This document shows, in pieces, positions 1 through 13,293 of a DNA stretch of 64,000 bases. The notes beneath the pieces were generated by a model, which worked only from the letters and a program-made list of their open reading frames with translations, searched no databases and had not been told where the DNA came from. The translations under genes and the position numbers were made by a program. Within the stretch, counting starts at the first letter, position 1. Every line of letters begins with the position of its first letter. Source of the DNA: Camelus dromedarius (taxonomy: Eukaryota); the NCBI RefSeq assembly GCF_036321535.1, contig NC_087436.1, positions 97,404,001 through 97,468,000 of the forward strand, written 5' to 3'.

Positions 1-1085
1 GACACAGGTGAGACAGTCAGATCCTCTCAGACGTCTCCTCTCAAGGGAGAGAATCTGTTTTTCTTCCTTTTGAATTATAATCTGTGAGTACTTGACCTTT
101 AGGATACAGGGGAAATAACGCTAGGCTATTTGGGGGGCCCAGACCTTAAGACACTGGAAGCTATCATGGAAGCTGTCCAGCCACCTGGATGGAGATGACG
201 CAGGAAAACGGATGTGGGGTGTGAGAAGGACTGTGTCCCAGGCTTCAACTGAGCCCCTGGGACGTGCCCCGCCAAGCGTGGGTCCTTGGCTTCGAGCAGG
301 AAAGAATTCAAGAGTGAGCCACAGTTGAGTGAAGGTAGATTTATTCAGAGAGATACATTGAAAGGCAAGAGAAAGGCCACAAGGTGTGGGGGTTGTGTGC
401 TCAGATTAAAAGTAGGTACACACTCCATAGACGGTGTGCGGGCCGTCTCTGAAGAGGGAGAGAGAGGGGTGGCCACGAGGTGCCATGTTGCTAGTTTTTA
501 TGGGCTTGGTGGCTTCATATGCTAACAAGGGGAAGGACCAGTCTAACTAGCCTGGGGAGGAGGCTGGGATCCCAGGAAGTTGGCCATTTCCCACTCTTTG
601 ACCTTTTGTGGCTAGCCTTGGGACTGCCATGGTGCATGTGGACGTATTATTTACTATGTTAATATATTAAGGTGAGCGTATAATGAAGCTCAAGATCTAC
701 TAGAAGTTAAATCTCCCACCATCCTGAGCCTCAAGGCCTACTGGGGGTTGAATCTTTCACCATTTTGATGTTAATTGCTGTAGCATTCCTTGACTGGCTG
801 TGTCCTGCCCCCTTCCATCCTGTCTCAAAAAGACCATGTGCAGAAGCTCTGAGATAAGAGACAATGAGAGACCTGGTGAGCCAGCCTTCCAGCCATCTCA
901 GCAGTATTGAATTTCCAGACTCACCCAGGCAACGGAGTGATCAGTGAAGCCAAAGGAAACTGTAGGATCACCCAGCCAAGCCCTACCCAACTCCTGATTT
1001 ACAAAACAATGAGCTATAAGAAGTGGTTTTGTTTCAGGCACTACACTGTGGAATGGGTCATCATGCAGCAATAGAAAAGTGGAGC
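1..1085 (+). mobile_element. Old MaLR (MLT1-type) solo LTR, split by a younger LTR at 196-827
   Basis: 3' part (cccagccaagccctacccaactcctga...ttgtttcaggcactacactgtggaatgggtcatcatgcagcaatagaaaagtgg) resembles the MLT1 3' end; sequence on either side of 196-827 joins up as MLT1-like; 5' boundary uncertain. Confidence 0.6.
196..827 (-). mobile_element. Young ERV1-class solo LTR (lineage-specific)
   Basis: TG...CA termini (TGACGCAG at 196, TGTCTCA ending 827); minus-strand ATAAAAA near 495-501 and AATAAA at 340-345; about 12 CpGs retained; flanks GAGA / AAAA are not a clean TSD. Confidence 0.7.
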
Positions 1086-2129
1086 CCACCCTTCCCTTGC
1101 CTGGATCTCTTACTGGACTGTAGTGCTTTCTCAGGTATTTCTATATACACTGCTCGTGAAACCTAGAAAAGGAGACAATTTCTCCTTAAGACATGAACAT
1201 AATGTTCTCAAGTATTCCTTGTGCCCCAATGTAATCTCCCTTCTTTCTCAGTCATTGACTCAAAGATTTAAATCTCACTTCCATAAAATGAGTTCCTGTG
1301 CCATTCATCACATATGCACCCTGGACTTCTGTCCCTGTTCCCCCTCCCATCTGTTCTCAAAATAAAAGACATAATCCTAACTCGTAAACCTTGTTTTTAT
1401 TGTTTTCTCTATGGCTCCCTTTTACTGACTAATTGTGCGTGTAAAGTCCTGCTACAGAAGAGCAGAACCAGAGACCACTGTGTTGTGCAGCCGCTACCTG
1501 TTCCTGACCTTACTTTGCTCTTCATTCACACTAGTTCTAAGTAATCTATTTTAACCAGTTCAAGTCCCAGTTTTCATTAAAAAAGTGACCTCCACAGCAA
1601 AGACACTGCCTCCTAAAGGCCAGTCTTAAAACCTATACATCATGACTGGGAGAGTAGAAATAATTAGCTCTAGCTCAAAAGTGGCGGATATCTTGTGTGC
1701 AAATCTCTGTTTGTTGGTAGTGGGTGTACACTGTGCTTTGCTTTGAAGAACTCTGACACTGAGCTCTGAGGGAATGAGTTCTAGAGTTAGTCATCGATAT
1801 GGCCCATGAGTACAAAAGGAGGAATCTGCTAGTGCTGACTGAGTCTTTTTCCAGAGGTAAGAACGACTTCAAGGTGAAGACAGATGTGTAGTGAGGGGCA
1901 AAAGAACAGTGGCAAATTTGGCTTGCTTAGATCACAGCTCCAGGACTGAGGCCTTGGTGGTATACGGGACCATACTGGGTTTCTTAGAGTCAGCAAGAAA
2001 TATAATTCTAACTACCCATTTTGCTGAGAGCTGGTCTTCTCTGCAGCTTCTCTTGGATTAGCTGGTGTTAGGGTGAGGGAAGTTTTTACAACTGCAATAA
2101 CCTTGTGTTAGTTTTTTTTTTTTTTTTTA

Positions 2130-2300
2130 AATGCGCTTACTAATATTATCTCATATGCATATATGCATTTCACCACAACCCTGTGATTAAACCAGGCAAG
2201 GACTGATACTCTTTTTTCCATCAAAGAGGGAATAAACATAAAAAAAGTTAAGCATCTTGCTCCCCATTTGACACATCAGGAGAGGAGCCAGGATTTCTTG
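2130..2300 (-). mobile_element. MIR SINE fragment
   Basis: caccacaaccctgtga...aagttaagcatcttgctc...gagccaggattt resembles the reverse-complemented MIR core. Confidence 0.55.
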
Positions 2301-3522
2301 ATGCAGGATTATTATACCCCCCCAGCCCCAGTGGAATCCTCAATCTTGATGTTTTGTCAGGACACACAACATATTGTGCTAGTTGATACTTTGTTCTAAA
2401 GTATGCATTATCTCTTTGCAGTGAAACAGAAGACTTAAAATGATATACTCATCTTTTATTAAAAATTTCCAGCATGTTTGATGTGACAAGAGAGGAAGTG
2501 GAAAAACTTTAAAAGGACAAAATCTGTTAGGCCTTCAAAGATTTCAAAATAAATTGCTACAAACAACTGAAAATACAAAGTAGAAAGTATAATGTCTAGA
2601 AAAATATGGGCATATACAGAGAGAGAACCAGGCTTCACTTTCCCTGAAACCCGATCAATAGTTGAAAAACATTCTTTGAAAAATTAATGTTACAACTATC
2701 AGAATGAAACACAATTCACCTTTACCAAGAAAATCTGTCAGCTTCCAAATGACACTGGCTTAAAGATGAAATTAAGTGGATATTTTCCAACAGAAATAAT
2801 ATCCCAAAGACATTGTTTTTTAATGGAACATTACTATACCCTAATTCCTTTTTACTCTTTCCTGGTGTCTCTTTCTTCTAAGTTCACGAGGCTCTATAGT
2901 CAAGTCTTGATAAGTGGCCCCAATTCCAGACATTAGCCAATGAGAAATGGATAAGGAATTAATATTAATTATCCTCCATGATTCAAAATTCAGTACTATA
3001 GGGGAGATACTGCTTCTCCTTAAGTTTTATCTCTTGCTGCCTGTTTCTGCCCTCTTCTAGCATTCTTATTTTTTGACTTCTTACCTTGGGTTGACCATGC
3101 TCCTTCTACTGGAGCATGGATTGGAACACAACTCTAATTTAACAACAAACTGTTGATTTTGACTATATATTTATTGTTACCACTATGGACTACATTATGA
3201 AGCTGGTCAACAGATTATGTTTCTATTTTATAGAAATAAAATAATTTTTACTGAATAGAAAACAGCAGAGATTCAATTTTCCTTAAGAATAAGTTAGATA
3301 GGTTGTTCTAAATTAAAGCAGGGGATGAAAAGAAAATATTTCAATGAAATATCCAAAGAGATGATTGATACTCTATCTTGGTGAAGAAAATGGACTGTTC
3401 TGGATTAGATACTTGTGTCAGTGAAAATGCTTTTAAAATGTATATATGTATATTAATAAAAAGTCTGTATAGGCTAGTTAGGTATGTTGCCCTATCTCCT
3501 ACTCAAAATTATGAGAGGATCT

Positions 3523-5018
3523 TGTTGGGGAAATGTACTTAGAAACAAAATCTCCCAACCCAGAAAAACCTCTCCACAGACGTAGTAGAGGAAAAAAACA
3601 ATTTTATTATTGAATAATCATTAAACCAGAATGTGACACACATCAGACAATCCTCTCAGAGACTGCAAAGACAGAAAGAAATCTTACTCTTTTATAGAGT
3701 CAAGCAGGTATAGCCCCTCACATACATGTTCTAAAATAAACAGTAACAGGTCCTCAGGTGAAAAGACTTCACAATACTATTTGTCGCACGTAATTCATCT
3801 TAAATGTCCCTGGTAAGTGGGATGATCACCTGTGTTAGCTAACTGCCTTTATCTGGAGAAAAAACAAACTCTCATATCTTATGGCAGGAGGTAGTTTTGC
3901 ACCTTGGAGCAAGGCACTCATAGAAGTTGGGCTCCTGCCTCACACGGAAACTGGGATGTAGAGGTGCTGTTTCTAATTACTGCATTTCAAAGACATAGGT
4001 CTCATGGCCTTGAGAAAGACCTAGGTCAGAGAGCTGACGAAAGGCCTATCTAGTCTTCAAAGGGACTTGTATACATTTCAAAGAGAGGAAAAAGTACATA
4101 AAAGTTTTCTAAGATAAATGCTCTAAGAAAAAAGAAAGAGATGTCTTTCCTCATTTTCAACAGGGTAATTAAGCCTTTCTTTTTTTTTTTTAACTGAAAT
4201 AGTCAGTTACAATGTATCAGTTCCTGGTGTACAGCATTATGTTTCAGTTGTGTGTGTGTGTATGTGTCTGTATACTCTTTTCATAATCTTTTTCATTAAA
4301 GGTTATTATAAGATACTGAGAATAGTTCCCTATGCTATACAGAAGAAATTGTTTTTTTAGTCTATTTCTATATATAGTGGTTATCATTTGCAAATCTCAA
4401 ACTCCCAAATTTATCCCTTTCCATCCCCTTGCCCCCAGTAGCCGTAAGATTGTTTACTATGCCTGTGAGTCTGTTTCTGTTTTGTAGATGAGTTCACTAG
4501 CATCCTCTTTTTTCTTTTCTTTTTTTAGATTCCACATATGAGTGATAGCATATAGTATTTTTATTTCTCTTTCTGGATTACTTCACTTAGAATGACGATT
4601 TCCAGGTCCATCCATATTTCTACAAATGGCATTATTTTATTTTTTATGACTGAGTAGTATTCCATTGCATAAATATACTACAACTTTTTTATTCAGTCAT
4701 CTTCAGTGGACTTTTAAGTTGTTTTCATGTCTTGGCTATTGTATGCAGTGCCGCTATGAACATTGGGCTTCGTGTATCTTTTTGAATTAGAGTTCCGTCT
4801 GGATATATGCCCAGAAGTGGGATTGCTGGGTCATATGGTAAGTCTATTTTTAGTTTTTTAAAGGAATCTCTATACTGTTTTCCATAATGGCTGCACCAAA
4901 TAATATTCCCATCAGCAGTGTAGGAAGGTTCCGTTTTCTCCACACCCTCTCCAGCATTTGTCATTTGTGGACTTTTTAATGATAAGCACCTTAGTTTTAA
5001 TTTGTCTTTATCCTTACA
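3523..5018 (-). mobile_element. ERV1 solo LTR (MER34/MER39-like) interrupted by an L1
   Basis: TG at 3523 and CA at 5018; 4-bp TSD ATCT (3519-3522) / GTCT (5019-5022); shares aagttttctaag...aaatgctctaagaaaa and catttcaaag motifs with the copy at 40.2 kb. Confidence 0.7.
4177..4983 (-). mobile_element. 5'-truncated L1 (ORF2 C-terminus plus 3' UTR)
   Basis: poly(T) at about 4177-4191; ORF 4725-5042 contains L1 ORF2 C-terminal residues [20 protein letters not shown]...PMFIAAL.TIAKT. Confidence 0.92.
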
Positions 5019-6594
5019 GTCTCTAGACTCTGATACAGACAAGTGCCTGCATCACAGAAGAGTCTGGCACTTTAAAGCCACTGGATCTCTTTCCACTTTA
5101 GAGATGGACAGATATTAATGGAGTGCGATAAGGTAATTTTTTCAGTGTATGAGGAGATCATCAGTTACTACGTTGGTTTTAGCTACTGGAAAAAAAAATA
5201 GGCAACCAGCTTGTTATATGATGAAGAGAAAGAGAAGAAAGAAAAAATAGACAGTCCATTTCAATTACTTCACACAGCTAGAAGTCTGCCATGAATTGGA
5301 ATCAACACCCAAGAATTCAGATAATTGCTATCTTTTTTCATTTTTGATGCAACTTCAAATCGCTCAAAATCACTTCTTAAAATGGACAGTTTTTTAGGTT
5401 TACTCTTGAAAGTCCACACATCAGATTACTTGGCGCTTTGTGGTTTGATTTATTAGATTAAAAGGCATGGAAATCATTACTCCAATTTCTACCTGATTTT
5501 TCTTGTGCAGCCTTGGCTTTGGGGCCTGCTTTTAAGTAGTTCTCTCTCTCTCTCTCATTCTCTGTCTCTGTGATTTCCACCTTCACATTGGATAAAATGT
5601 CAAAACACTGCCTATCTTAGTTCTATTCACCACGTAGGCATTCAAATCCTCCCAGACAAATTCCTGAGATAAATAATCAACTCATGGGTTAACTAAAATT
5701 TATTTACAATTTAATGAATTTTTAAGCAACAATTGCATTTTTTTCATTGCAGCAATGGTATACATAATTTATATCTTGTTTCTAAGCCTAACAAATGTGT
5801 TTTCTAGAGATAAGAGGTCTATTTCCACTATTTTTGTTCTCTGCATAGGCAAACTTTTTGAAAAGGTTTGTGAACATTGCTTCTGATACATTTGTTCATC
5901 ACTTTCCCCTTTTAATTGCAGATTCATACTCAATTCTGCATGTTGAAATTTCTGTCTCTGTTTTGTTTCTTTGGTGATTTGATGTGATCAGATTTGACTT
6001 CCAATAACTTATTAACCTAATGTAGAATTACTGTTCCTCTCCTACAAACACGTATGTATATCATCACCACATACTGACAATTTAAAATAAGTTAAGTGCA
6101 AAATTTCATTGTTGATGGGAAATGAAACAAAGCAAAGTGTTAACTTGATTTATGACTTTTTGGAATCTTGTCCCTGAGAATGCCATATTTTGGGATTTAA
6201 GTTCTGTTTCTCTATTTATTAGTAATCTTCAGAAACAAAACTGATGAAACACTTTCTTTAAATTCAACAGAGGTTAACTACCTAGAGGTTGTACAGATTT
6301 AAGTGAAATTTCCCATGAGATACTGATACCTAGTAGCAGGGGTCATCTCGTGTTTTTCTTTTTTTCTTTTTTTTTCCTACCACATTTTAGAGTTGATATG
6401 AAATAACTCCTTTGGAAAGTAAGTTTTTATAAAGTAAAAAAATCAGAGTAACTGTTTTATAATTTTTCCATGTTTCTGTAGTATTTTAATAGATATGTAT
6501 CCTCAATATGCTTTCATTAACAATTGTTTATGTAATTTCTTGGGCTAATTTAATAAGGAGGGCCTAACTACTAACATTTATAATAACAATAAAA

Positions 6595-6830
6595 AAGCTA
6601 TCACTTGTTCAGCTCTTCCTGTATGCTAGGCCTTTTGTCAAGTGCTTACATGCATCATCTTATAAATCTTTATAATACTCTATGAGGGACAAGCACTTCC
6701 TGCCTTCACAGATGAGGAATTGAAGCTCAGAAGGGTCATGTGGCTGCACAAGTCCATGCGCCAGTAAGTGCCGGGCTTGAGCACACACCCAGGGCTGTCT
6801 GCATAAGCATCACTGTTCTTAGCCAATGTA
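6595..6830 (-). mobile_element. MIR SINE, near full length
   Basis: ttcacagatgaggaattgaagctcagaagggtcatgtggctgcacaagtc matches the MIR core (reverse strand). Confidence 0.8.
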
Positions 6831-7197
6831 ATATTGCCTCATTTAGAAATTGCCCAGCTCCATAATATGAAATTAATGAGATGAGAGAGTAAACTGGAAA
6901 CCTATAGAGAATCAACTAATATTATGTTTCCCCTCCTGATTCTTCACCCATATCCTCCAAAGATCAACTTGTATCTTTTCTTCCTTTCTGTAGCACAGGA
7001 AAAAATTTCTGACTCTGGTTAATTACCCAGTTCTAGCTTGCATCCTGTGCTTCAATGTGTCATGTTATTTCATCCTTGTAACTACTTAATTTATGTTATT
7101 ATTTTTCTTTTATAAAGAAGTATATGGAGACTTAAATTGGTTAAATAAATTGATTAAGGTCTTTAGACTCCAAATCATGATTTTTCCTCTGTGATAG

Positions 7198-7547
7198 TGA
7201 GATGGTTCATTTTATGTGTTACCTTGGAGTGTGTTTTTGGTTGTGGTTACATTTAAGTGGGTAGACTTTGAGTAAAGCAGATTGCTCTCCATGGGCAGAG
7301 TGGCATCACCCAATCAGCTAAAGTTAAGCCAGAATAGAAAAAAGACTGGCTTCCTCCAGAAACAAGGGGCAGTTCTCAGCAGACACCGTCAGCATCAGTT
7401 CTCCTGGGTATCCAGGTTGCCAGCCCACATTGCAAATTTGGGACTTGTCAGATTCTAAATTCAAGTGAGCCAATTCCTATACTAAACCTTTTTATATAAA
7501 TATACACCCTGCTGGTTGTATTTCTCTGGGAACCCTGACTAATACAC
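7198..7547 (+). mobile_element. ERVL MLT2 solo LTR
   Basis: tgagatggttcattttatgtgt start, gactttgagtaaagcagattgctctcca, ends gaaccctgactaataca. Confidence 0.85.
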
Positions 7548-8249
7548 ACACTGAGTTTCTGACATGCATAATTAATGTTAGAAAACTTGTTAATAGGCAG
7601 CAAGTCATACACCACTCACTATTGACCCCCCCTGGGGACTTCCATTCAGGGGTCCACTTGGCTCTTCTAAATGTGACTTTTGGCTTAAAAAGAAATCTAA
7701 TAATAATAAATACTTAGAGGAAAATATTACTTGAAGAGTAATCATTATTCAATTATAAGTGCAAGCAAACAAATTATATGTAAGTAAAATCCTTTATGTA
7801 AAGTCTAAAAATCATTAGGAGAGCTGAGAACTGCAACATATTGATTTTTTAAGAGGATTTGAATTAGGTGCTTGGTACCTGAGCATAAAAATTTCTGTAA
7901 TAGCTACATATTTTTCTCAGTTTATCAAATTTTACCTATAATGCCTTGGTCTTTTACTATAAAAAATTCAGAGAAGCTTCTCAAGGATTGTTCCTAAATG
8001 GTTTTCTATATATATTGGAAAGTTTATCAAAATTATCAACATAAGCATATAAAAGAGTAATTTACATACTTTGTGAAAAAAGAGTGGTTGTTTCCAGTAA
8101 TTCTTCTCTTAGATTTGTCATGGACAACAGCAAGGGCATGTATGCATCTGGCTTTTATTAAGGATACATTTGTATATAAAAGGGGAAGCACCTCTGTTAA
8201 ATTCATGATTCAACAACAGACGGGGGATAGAAATTAAACTTGAATACAA

Positions 8250-9320
8250 TACATACACATAATGTGACCTTAGAAATATTGAGCAGCAGGAAAACTGGAT
8301 ACAAACCTATTGAAACTCGGGAGCTATGGAGTGGCTTCACAAAAAAATGGTAGGCAGAACCTAATAAAGTGTATAATTTTTAATTACAACAAAATCTAGA
8401 CTACTGGAATTTAAAAAGAGGAAACTAAGATCAGAAAAGAATGTACTTATGTAAAGAGAATTATGATAAAATTTAAAAATAGAGGTAATCATCATTTGAT
8501 TGGATTTTGCAGGAAAAAGTATTCATTTAGATAGTAAGATCTGAAAAATATTGGGTAAGGATGAGAAGAACCACTATATTGCTATTTGAAATTAGAATAA
8601 AAAAGAACAGAAAAAGGTGGTAGAAATATGATCATCAACTTTAAAAAGTTTAAAAAGTTTCCTGATCTGAGGAAAGACTTGAGACATCAGATCAAAAGAG
8701 GTCAGAGAGTACCAGGCAAATTTAGTAAAAATAGACACCCTGCATGTCCAGCAGAAAAGATGGGTTGCTTTCAAAGGATATAATGAGGTTGGTGTCAGAT
8801 TTTTTTTTTTTCTCCTGATCATTAAGGGTCAGAAATCAATACAGCAACATCAGCAGCTTTGAAAGAAAAGATTAAGGTCTAAGAACCCTATACCTTCAGA
8901 AGCCATAATTTATTTGCAGGAGAAAGAGATTCTTTGACATGCAAGGACATGAAAATTATACCACCTAAGTAGTCATCCTGAAAAAATTACTAGAAGATAT
9001 ATCCAGGTAATGGAAACATGCATCAAAATAAATTTTTCAAGAAGGGAAGTTCATGGTATAAAACCTTTTTTTTTTTTTAATGAGCCACGAAACCAGGAAG
9101 AAGTAACATAGAAACAATTATTGTTAACATAATAAAACAAACAGAATTTTGAATCAAAAATATTATTAATTCGTAAGAAAATTATTGCAATAAAAATATG
9201 AGTAAGGAAGGAGTAACCAGAGGGCAATTTTCAATTAATAGTAGAAGTCAGTAATTTATAATTAATTATTTGATACTGATTTTTCAAAACATTAAGCATG
9301 TGTTTCCAAGACTAAGTACA
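8250..9320 (+). mobile_element. Ancient L1-ORF1-like relic (HAL1 or L1M)
   Basis: A-rich degenerate ORF1-like sequence (tttcctgatctgaggaaagacttgagacatcagatcaaaagagg...ctgaaaaaattactagaagatat) with no following ORF2. Confidence 0.55.
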
Positions 9321-9693
9321 GCCAGAATTATCTGGGCAAGTTATTAAGCTTGAGTATTGCCAAGACTCATCTCAGATCTTCAGAAACAGAATGTGAAGCC
9401 AGGGAATCAAAGTCATTGTAAAAGCTCACCACAGTATTTTTTTTTTTCATGTATCTGACATGTAAACATTTACATACATAGTTTATCATAGCTCCCAGTA
9501 GCTCTGAGAGACAGCCAGCCAAATCTTCCTTAAGAGAACTGAAGAGCCTCACCCTACCATGCAGCCTTTCCCATGGGCAATTTATAAAGTTGGGGAAGAA
9601 AACTGCAACTATTTGTCTATAGCATTTAAAAGCTCCCAGAAGATAGAACATTAAAACAGGGGCAAGAATATATAGTGTATTCAAAAGTTCTAT

Positions 9694-10465
9694 AATGGCC
9701 ATGATCAAAAGGTCCACAAATGATAAATGCTGGAGAAAGTGTCTAGAAAAGGGAAACCTCCAACACTGTTGGTGGGAATGTAGTTTGGTGCAGCCACTAT
9801 GGAAAACACTATGGAGATTCCTCAAAAAATGAAAAATAGACTTACCATATGATCCAGCAACCCTACTCCTGGGCATATATCCAGAGGGAACTCTAATTCA
9901 AAAAGGTACATGCACCCCAATATTCATAGCAGCACTACATACAATAGCCAACAAACGGAAGCAACCTAAATGTCCACTGACAGATGACTGGATAAAGAAG
10001 TGGTGTATATATACAATGGAATACTATTCAGCCATAAAAAGGATGAAATATTGCCATTTGCACTAACATGGATGGACCTAGAGATTATGATACTAAGTGA
10101 AGTAAGTCAGAGAAAGAAAAATGCCATGATACCACTTATATGTGGAATCTTAAAAAAAGACACAAATGAACTTATTTACAAAACAGAAACAGACTCATAG
10201 ACATAGAAAACAAACTTATGGTTACCTAAGGGTGAAGGGGGTGGGATCAGTTAGGAATTTGGGGTTAGCAGATATAAAGTACTACATACAAAATAAATAA
10301 AAACAAGTTTATACTGTATAGCCCAGGGAACTATATTCAACAGCTTATAAAAACCCATAATAAAAAAGAATATGAAAAAGAATGTATATATATAACTGAA
10401 TCACTATGCTATATACCAGAAATTAATACAACATTGTAAGTCAACTATACTTCAATTAAAAAAAA
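9694..10465 (+). mobile_element. 5'-truncated L1 (ORF2 end plus 3' UTR)
   Basis: gacttaccatatgatccagcaaccctactcctgggcatatatccag; ORF 10000-10200 resembles L1 (ILPFALTWMDLEIMILSEVSQ); A tail at about 10458-10465. Confidence 0.92.
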
Positions 10466-11080
10466 TGCTATGAAAAGTGTCTATTTTTTGCTTCCTCATT
10501 AAATTTTATTGAGAGAAAAGAGACTATCTTTTAAGGTCTCAAATGAGGTGAGAAAAGAAACTTTGAATAAACATCACTATAAATCCCACAAGGGTAAATA
10601 AAATGAGATCAAGAAGTGTGTGATTTGTGGTGGTCAATCTTCTCTGTCCCAGGGGAAATAACACAAGGGGTAAGAACACCTTCTTCTGAGGCTGTCACTT
10701 GGTGTGACCTCAGAGGTTGGCCATGAGTTATGTGTAAAAAATTCTAGATTTGCCTCATGATCAAGTGAGCACTGGGATTTACCTTTGCAGAGAGCTGAAG
10801 AAGGGAAATGATGTCTCTCAGGGAACAGATTATCAGTGCATTATTGAAATAGAGCAGCTAAAGCAAAGAGAGCACAAAACTCTGGAAGATTATTTCTCAT
10901 GCAAGCAACAATCAAGGGAGGGATTCGTGAATAGGTGGCACTCCTCCAGTTGGTGACACAAGCACTGGAGCTCTTTCTGTGATGGCTCTGCCACCCCTTA
11001 GAACTTCTTCATAGTCAGCATCTGACTGGCAGAGACTGAGGATGTTTCCACTAGAAGTAAAGACAACAATTAGAACTAAA

Positions 11081-11535
11081 CAACCTGGAGATCGTCATTC
11101 TAAGCAAAGTAAGTCTGAAAGAGAAAGAAAAATACCATATGATATCACTCATATGTGGACTCTAAAAAAATAAAAATAAAAAAGAGGACACTAATGAACT
11201 CACCTACAAAACAGAAATATTGACTTGCAGACATAGTAAACAATCTTATGGTTGTTTACAGGGGAAGAGGGTGGGAAGGGATAGTCTGAGAGTTTGGGAG
11301 TCTGAGATATGAGGTGTTAACCATTATATATAAAAATTGATAAAAAAAAAAATCTGTCTGCTGTATAGCACAGGGAACTATATTCAATATCTTGTAATAA
11401 CCTTTAATGAAAAAGAATATGAAAATGAATATATGTATATATATGCATGACTGAGACATTATGCTGTACATGAGAAATTGACACATTGTAACTGACTATA
11501 CTTCAATTAAAAAAAACTACACACACACACACAAA
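11081..11535 (+). mobile_element. 5'-truncated L1 3' UTR with (CA)n-converted tail
   Basis: 9-bp TSD AGAACTAAA at 11072-11080 and 11536-11544. Confidence 0.9.
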
Positions 11536-11789
11536 AGAACTAAAGAAGCATAATTCCTTAAAACATAATTCCTCAAACATAATTCTTGGCTAGATAGCCT
11601 CCAATAGATAGCTGTCCCTGCTGTAAGATACAAAAATCTTAGACTGGACTCTGTCTTTTTCAATATCTTGAAACTTCCATCTTAATTACACTAAAAAGAG
11701 TCCAAATAAATCCAGCTTTCTGAAACGTGTCACCCCAATAAATGTAGGTTAAAAACTTACAAAATTAAAAAGAAAGGCATGAATGCTTG

Positions 11790-12620
11790 AACTGAAAAAT
11801 GGGCAAAGGACCCAAATTTACAAAAAAAAAAAAAAAAGAAAGAAATATAGACCATAAGAAAAATTATATCCAATTTCAGTAAAACCACAAAAGGCTCTTT
11901 GTCTTTAAACTGACGTAATGTTTAATCTAGTAATATCTAGTGTCAATGAGGTTGCATTACCCATTCTTATCCATTGGTATTTTTTAAGAAGGTAGACTCT
12001 TTTTTTTTCTTTTGCTTACTGAAAAACAACAAGAAATATGTATTTACAGTCTTAAAATAATATGTACCCTTTGACTCAGTAAATGTGCTTGCAGCCACCT
12101 ACCCTAAGGAAATCAACAGATATGTGAATCATGATTTGTAAGTAAGAGTATTCAATGCAGCATTATTTATAATAATGAAAAATTGGTGAAAGATCCCAAT
12201 TATAGTAAAATGACTAAATAATGTTACAGCCATATCGTGGCTGTCACTCACTTATACAAAAACATATTTCAAAGAAGTTACATATGAAAAAATGCTCACA
12301 ATATAACTAACTGGAAAAGGTAAACTATAAATATGATATACATATATACTACATATCTCATATATAATTTTATATCTTATATATATGATATGATATATAG
12401 AATATCAAATTGATAAAAAAGTGAAAGCAAAAATGAATAATCTAAAATAACACATATAGAAGAAAATGTCTAATAAGATTAATACTAAAATATTAATAAC
12501 AAAATTAAAAGAAAATGTCTAATAAGATTTATAATAAAATATAATTTTTTTAGGTTTTAATATTGGGAGTGATAAATCTTTTTTTTTAATGTGTTTCTAT
12601 ATTTCTCAGAATTTCTATAG
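11790..12620 (+). mobile_element. Ancient L1M (L1ME-like) 3' region
   Basis: aaaaatgggcaaaggac; tatgtaccctttgactcagtaa...cctaaggaaat; ttcaatgcagcattatttataata. Confidence 0.65.
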
Positions 12621-13280
12621 CTAACATATATCACTTTATCATTTAAAATATTCTGTTAAAGAATAAAGATAACACTTTAAAGTCATAAAAAATTGAGTTT
12701 GGAATAGACTTTAGATATTAAGTATTCTGAATTTCTACTCAATGCAATAATCCTTTCCATACTAAATTAAATCATTACTGAGGAGTGCTAGTCACCAAAA
12801 ACAGTCCCTTTAGTTTGCTAACCATTTCTATACATAAGAGAGTAGTTGGGAAATCAGTAGACAGAACCAGGGCTTCAGAAATTTACTTTAAGTTTATTTA
12901 TTAAAAATCTATTTTTTAGTTCAGTTTTTCCAAGTGATTATAATGTTTTCCCTAACCAAAGGAATATTTGAATAAAATTAAATATAATGAATAATTTATA
13001 ATTAACATTTCCATTAGCAGTTTGAATGCTTATAAACAAATTTAAGCTCTCTATCTCAATTTCTCTCTCTCTTGTCTCTGCAAAATGAAAACTTCAGTAC
13101 CTATATGACAGAAGCATCTCCTCCTCACTTTTGGAGATGTTGACTTTTTAAAAAACCATTTTCCATTTTCTATATAGAGTTTCAGGAGATGCTTTTAGAT
13201 AACTCTATTCTATTTGTTTTGAAAAAGTGCCTCTAAAGTAATCTATTATAAAGTATGTAGTTTTCCAAAAGCCATAGCCA

Positions 13281-13293
13281 GTTGCCTAGCAAC
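13281..13293. promoter_or_regulatory. RFX X-box motif GTTGCCTAGCAAC
   Basis: fits GTNRCC(N0-3)RGYAAC, near-palindromic, in non-repeat DNA. Confidence 0.45.

Noticed and set aside
1790..1862. Donor GAG|GTAAGA at 1856/1857 preceded by a short frame MAHEYKRRNLLVLTESFSR
   Set aside because: No acceptor or promoter support and no recognisable protein.
9367..9876. 169-aa minus-strand ORF
   Set aside because: The N-terminal part is antisense L1 ORF2 sequence running into flanking DNA; no recognisable protein.
10776..10956. Acceptor-like ttacctttgcag followed by a protein-looking open frame (ELKKGNDVSQGTDYQ...)
   Set aside because: No good donor, no recognisable homology and no partner exons.
11549..11587. 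Three tandem copies of CATAATTC(C/T)T
   Set aside because: Short slippage repeat with no unique spacers; not CRISPR-like and not informative.
12460..12542. Local duplication of AAGAAAATGTCTAATAAGATT with 49-bp period
   Set aside because: Ordinary tandem duplication in AT-rich old L1 sequence.
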